Below are positions 62,101 through 64,000 of a stretch of DNA of 64,000 nt, piece by piece. Position 1 is the stretch's first letter, and every line of letters starts with the position of its first letter. A model generated the notes under the pieces. The model did not search any database, was not told where the DNA came from, and saw only the letters and a list, made by a program, of their open reading frames with translations. Made by a program: the position numbers and the translations under genes. This DNA comes from Leucoraja erinacea (Eukaryota): positions 10,912,001-10,976,000 of the forward strand of contig NC_073411.1 of the NCBI RefSeq assembly GCF_028641065.1. Direction: 5' to 3'.

Positions 62101-63890
62101 AGAGAGAAGAGTTGATGTTGCAGGATAGAGACAGCTGCGTTATATATTTCCCCCCCACTCCCGTCAGGCAGAAGATACCGAAGCTTGAAAGCATGCACCA
62201 CCAGATTCGGGAACTGCTTCTTCCCCACTGTTATCAGACCACTACACCCTCCTCCCATAAACTTGGGTGTAATCCCAATCTTCCAACCTACCTCGTTGCA
62301 CACCTGGCGCTTTTTTAATATCGGCGCTTTCTCTTTAATTGTAACGCACTTATGCCGCAACACTATACTCTGTACTCGGGTATTTTTAACATAGAGTACA
62401 GCACAAGAACAGGCCCTTCGGCCCACAATGTCTGTGCCGAACATGATGCCAAGACAGCACTGCTCTGCGGTAGATTTGCTGACTTACAGCACCATACACC
62501 CAGGTTCGATCCTGACTAGGGGTGTTGTCTGTACGGAATTTGCACCTTCTCCCTGTGACCATGTGGGTTTCCTCTGGGTGCTCCGGTTTCCTCCCACATC
62601 CCAAAGACTTGGATTTCGTTTCCTCCTGGTTAATTGGCCTCTGTAAATGTGTAGGACAGGACTAGCGGACAAGTGATCGATGGTCGGCGTGGACTCGATG
62701 GGCCGAAGGGCCTGTTTCCACACCTGTATCTCTAAATGAACTATACTACAACACCCCAGGACCAAAGGGCGAGGAGTCTAGTGGGGGCAAGAGTGTTGCC
62801 TAATCCCAGCCCTAGCCAGCCCTTCACTGCGTTCCCCGGGCACCCGTCACCTAAACCCAAAAGGGAATTGGTGGAATGACGTGGAGTAGGGAGTGGAGAA
62901 AAATACCTTGTGGCGTGAAGAGGAGGGGGGGGGACCTCATTGAAACCCACTGTATAATGAGAGTCCTGGATAGTGAATGTGGAGAGGATGTTTCCACTAG
63001 TGGGAGAGTCTAGGACAAGTCATAGCTTCAGAATTAAAGGATGTTCCTTTAGAAAGGAGATGAGGAGGAATTTATTTAATCAGAGGGTGGTGAATCTGTG
63101 GAATTCATTGCCACGAAAGGTTGTGGAGGCCAAGTCCATGGAGNNNNNNNNNNNNNNNNNNNNNNNNNNNNNNNNNNNNNNNNNNNNNNNNNNNNNNNNN
63201 NNNNNNNNNNNNNNNNNNNNNNNNNNNNNNNNNNNNNNNNNNNNNNNNNNNNNNNNNNNNNNNNNNNNNNNNNNNNNNNNNNNNNNNNNNNNNNNNNNNN
63301 NNNNNNNNNNNNNNNNNNNNNNNNNNNNNNNNNNNNNNNNNNNNNNNNNNNNNNNNNNNNNNNNNNNNNNNNNNNNNNNNNNNNNNNNNNNNNNNNNNNN
63401 NNNNNNNNNNNNNNNNNNNNNNNNNNNNNNNNNNNNNNNNNNNNNNNNNNNNNNNNNNNNNNNNNNNNNNNNNNNNNNNNNNNNNNNNNNNNNNNNNNNN
63501 NNNNNNNNNNNNNNNNNNNNNNNNNNNNNNNNNNNNNNNNNNNNNNNNNNNNNNNNNNNNNNNNNNNNNNNNNNNNNNNNNNNNNNNNNNNNGGGGGGGT
63601 GTCAGGGGTTATGGGGAGAAGGCAGGAGAATGGGGTTTGGAGGGAAAGCTCGATCAGGCATGATTGAATGGCGGAGTAGACTCGATGGGCCAAATGGCCT
63701 AATTCTGCTCCTATCACTTATGGACATGAACTTGAACCTTTGACCATGTGCTTCAGCGCTCTTACCATTGATGGTGGAAATCAAAGGCCACATAGATGAG
63801 ACGCGGGTCATTGAAAATCTCAACCTGCCTCCGGTAGGCGTCGCTAATCACCTTCTCTGGCCCCGTCTGTTTCACAAGATTGATGATAAC
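43236..63890 (-). CDS. INPP5F/SAC2-like phosphoinositide phosphatase, divergent, 5'-partial (upstream exons lie beyond the window); about 13 exons listed individually
   Basis: Hand-translated exons are collinear with the recalled INPP5F sequence from VIINLV through the SAC C-terminus and hSac2 domain. Boundaries are GT-AG and phases match, except at two G-run sites. Too diverged to call the canonical INPP5F ortholog. Confidence 0.88.
43430..43730. repeat. GC-rich 33-nt tandem repeat plus degenerate 21-nt units within the terminal exon
   Basis: Unit gggcgagggctgggggcctctgcgcccgggggt encodes PSPTPGRRGPQ on the minus strand. Confidence 0.75.
44386..44612. mobile_element. Penelope-derived fold-back insertion with perfect 96-bp inverted arms
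   Basis: Arms 44421-44516 and 44517-44612; direct repeat accattaggagagaagt at 44369-44385 and 44610-44626. Confidence 0.9.
45566..45593 (+). ncRNA. Minimal hammerhead-ribozyme-like motif (representative of many PLE 3' UTR copies)
   Basis: CTGAAGA-A-GGGT(CTCG)ACCC-GAAA-C-GTC: CUGANGA core, stem II, GAAA and an NUH triplet; stems I and III are rudimentary. Confidence 0.6.
45883..45960 (-). CDS. Candidate INPP5F-like exon (78 nt): VRSFGKRTFPRRRHCGECSEGEGCV
   Basis: Good acceptor cctcttccag and donor gtaaat; open phase 2-2 frame linking the flanking candidates; no recognised homology. Confidence 0.4.
46705..46785 (-). CDS. Candidate INPP5F-like exon (81 nt): LPLCHDIFGGRGPGFAWNAKYFLICS(K)
   Basis: Weak match to PHEDIIG...GKNFLMSK. 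Splice sites are weak (gag acceptor, gtattt donor). Alternatively it reads through to the TGA at 46692-46694. Confidence 0.5.
47009..47099 (-). CDS. INPP5F-like exon (91 nt): (D)NLYTVAAVIRRARRAITGTELPINAEKRS
   Basis: Matches DTLQCIAEMLQITKQAMGSDLPIIEKK; acceptor gtttttcag, donor gtgagt; phase 1-2. Confidence 0.8.
48164..48292 (-). CDS. INPP5F-like exon (129 nt): (G)HHHYTREKAGKICMNIYYTITGKGTNLYVLRPALQYQHGVVQ
   Basis: Same codon count and register as the recalled segment PEPTLFGKPKFSCMRLHY..TLR..GK (CMNIYY vs CMRLHY); donor gtaagc; phase 1-1. Confidence 0.75.
48425..49270 (-). mobile_element. Nested CR1 LINEs: a second subfamily (about 48475-49060, ttatatgg-repeat tail) inserted into the first
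   Basis: ORF fragments YKALVRPILEYGVQFWSP and FFTQRVVAVWNELP; the host sequence ccttaaactgtgacc..ttgttctggac is split by the insert. Confidence 0.85.
49475..49545 (-). CDS. INPP5F-like exon (71 nt): ITKKCQVSKTKRIVLPDLLKIEI(G)
   Basis: Matches QRLSLENLEKIEIG; acceptor ttctttgcag, donor gtaagt; phase 2-1. Confidence 0.85.
51014..51085 (-). CDS. INPP5F-like exon (72 nt): GKRWHRQNLDILLLLTDEACYFA
   Basis: Matches DVDVLLLLSNSAYYVA; acceptor cttgtttcag, donor gtgagt; phase 2-2. Confidence 0.85.
54138..54339 (-). CDS. INPP5F-like exon (202 nt): (D)LMHGAQLSINIQALIGKQKPARALLVKEQQKLKKQEIEVLISSFSALLIPLTEAFLGGWLFVSCNP
   Basis: DLMxG start and FxGGWxxxxCxP end match the INPP5F hSac2 entry; acceptor gctcacag; weaker donor gtctat; phases 1-2 fit the neighbours. 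Confidence 0.85.
54646..54912 (+). mobile_element. Penelope-like element GIY-YIG endonuclease C-terminal fragment, joined in inversion to its own 3' UTR (54411-54645, minus)
   Basis: YIGETKRRLGDRFAEH..PVAQHFN..H..RKLEEQHLIFRLGSLHPGGMNIEF is typical of the PLE endonuclease. Confidence 0.88.
57079..57196 (-). CDS. INPP5F-like exon (118 nt): SDFTRTGESKFSGAMKDGCRSANRYYLHHFRHAYRQTVI(D)
   Basis: Aligns to GDFTRTGERKLAGVMKDGVNSANRYYLNRFKDAYRQAVID; acceptor ttgttag, donor gtgagt. Confidence 0.95.
57422..57777. repeat. 59-bp minisatellite (6 units) derived from CR1 sequence
   Basis: Unit ccacagattc(a/t)cacaactctctgggtggaaaagtttctcctcatctcagtcccaaatgg at 57422, 57480, 57533, 57592, 57651, 57710. Confidence 0.92.
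57881..58126 (+). mobile_element. L2-clade LINE 3' end
   Basis: IPLPIRTAPSIDSLKSRLKTHLYFQAF-type terminus, AATAAA and a (GACTT)n tail. Confidence 0.65.
59610..59738 (-). CDS. INPP5F-like exon (129 nt): LKVLSLLPAHCRLSHKSLKTFQNMWANNGDAISRQYAGTAAMK
   Basis: SAC-family WANNGDxISRQYAGT motif; acceptor ctcttgcag, donor gtagga; phase 0-0. Confidence 0.95.
60340..60462 (-). CDS. INPP5F-like catalytic exon (123 nt): AHNGVVMMEQEGVFRTNCMDSLDRTNIVQAAISRHIL..; SAC CX5RT motif
   Basis: Acceptor ttttgcag, donor gtaaag; the SAC signature RxNCxDxLDRTN is seen directly. Exon length is out of phase with the next exon (see findings). Confidence 0.92.
60700..61916. mobile_element. Two oppositely oriented CR1 3' fragments (60700-61290 minus; about 61403-61916 plus)
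   Basis: ORFs 60983-61288 (-) and 61308-61685 (+) encode almost the same peptide. The second copy interrupts a PLE fragment. Confidence 0.88.
62017..62094 (-). CDS. INPP5F-like exon (78 nt): (C)QGRRFENVELLTEGISNIISDQRWF
   Basis: Acceptor ctctgtgcag, donor gtgagc, phase 2-2; aligns to RGMKFENVQTLTDAIYDIILDMKW. Confidence 0.9.
63144..63591. other. Assembly gap (N) within a CR1 fragment
   Basis: Run of N. Confidence 1.
63766..63890 (-). CDS. INPP5F-like exon (125 nt): VIINLVKQTGPEKVISDAYRRQVEIFNDPRLIYVAFDFHHQ(C)
   Basis: Acceptor cctcctgcag, donor gtaaga; aligns to recalled INPP5F VIINLVDQAGREKIIGDAYLKQVLLFNNSHLTYVSFDFHEHC. Confidence 0.92.
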
Positions 63891-64000
63891 CTGCAGGAGG
63901 AACACAGAAACATGGAAATAAAGGTGCAGGAGGAGTAGGCCATTCGGCCCTTCGAGCCAGCACCGCCATTCAATGTGATCAGAGGCTGATCATCCAGCGC

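Overview
Eukaryotic, repeat-dense DNA. The HE1-type SINEs, CR1/HER1 LINEs and Penelope-derived repeats point to a cartilaginous fish (skate/ray-like; inference). There are two N gaps. Three spliced genes lie in tandem on the minus strand and are largely invisible in the ORF track. (1) The 3' part of a strongly diverged INPP5F/SAC2-like phosphoinositide phosphatase: about 13 exons, 63890 to about 43236, with catalytic loop NCMDSLDRT, a non-homologous Ser/Pro-rich tail and two apparent frameshifts at G runs. (2) A complete 4-exon LSM1 (133 aa, 40116-36032). (3) Coding exon 1 and CpG-island promoter of a GRK5/GRK6-type kinase (27371-27320), whose intron 1 fills the rest of the window. Most interesting: the probable INPP5F paralog in a GRK-LSM1-INPP5F block; a family of Penelope-derived fold-back insertions with 14-17 bp target duplications that carry a minimal hammerhead-ribozyme motif; a hidden histone H2B-like fragment; and a minisatellite arising from a CR1 end. 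All comparisons with human proteins are from memory, not from a database search.
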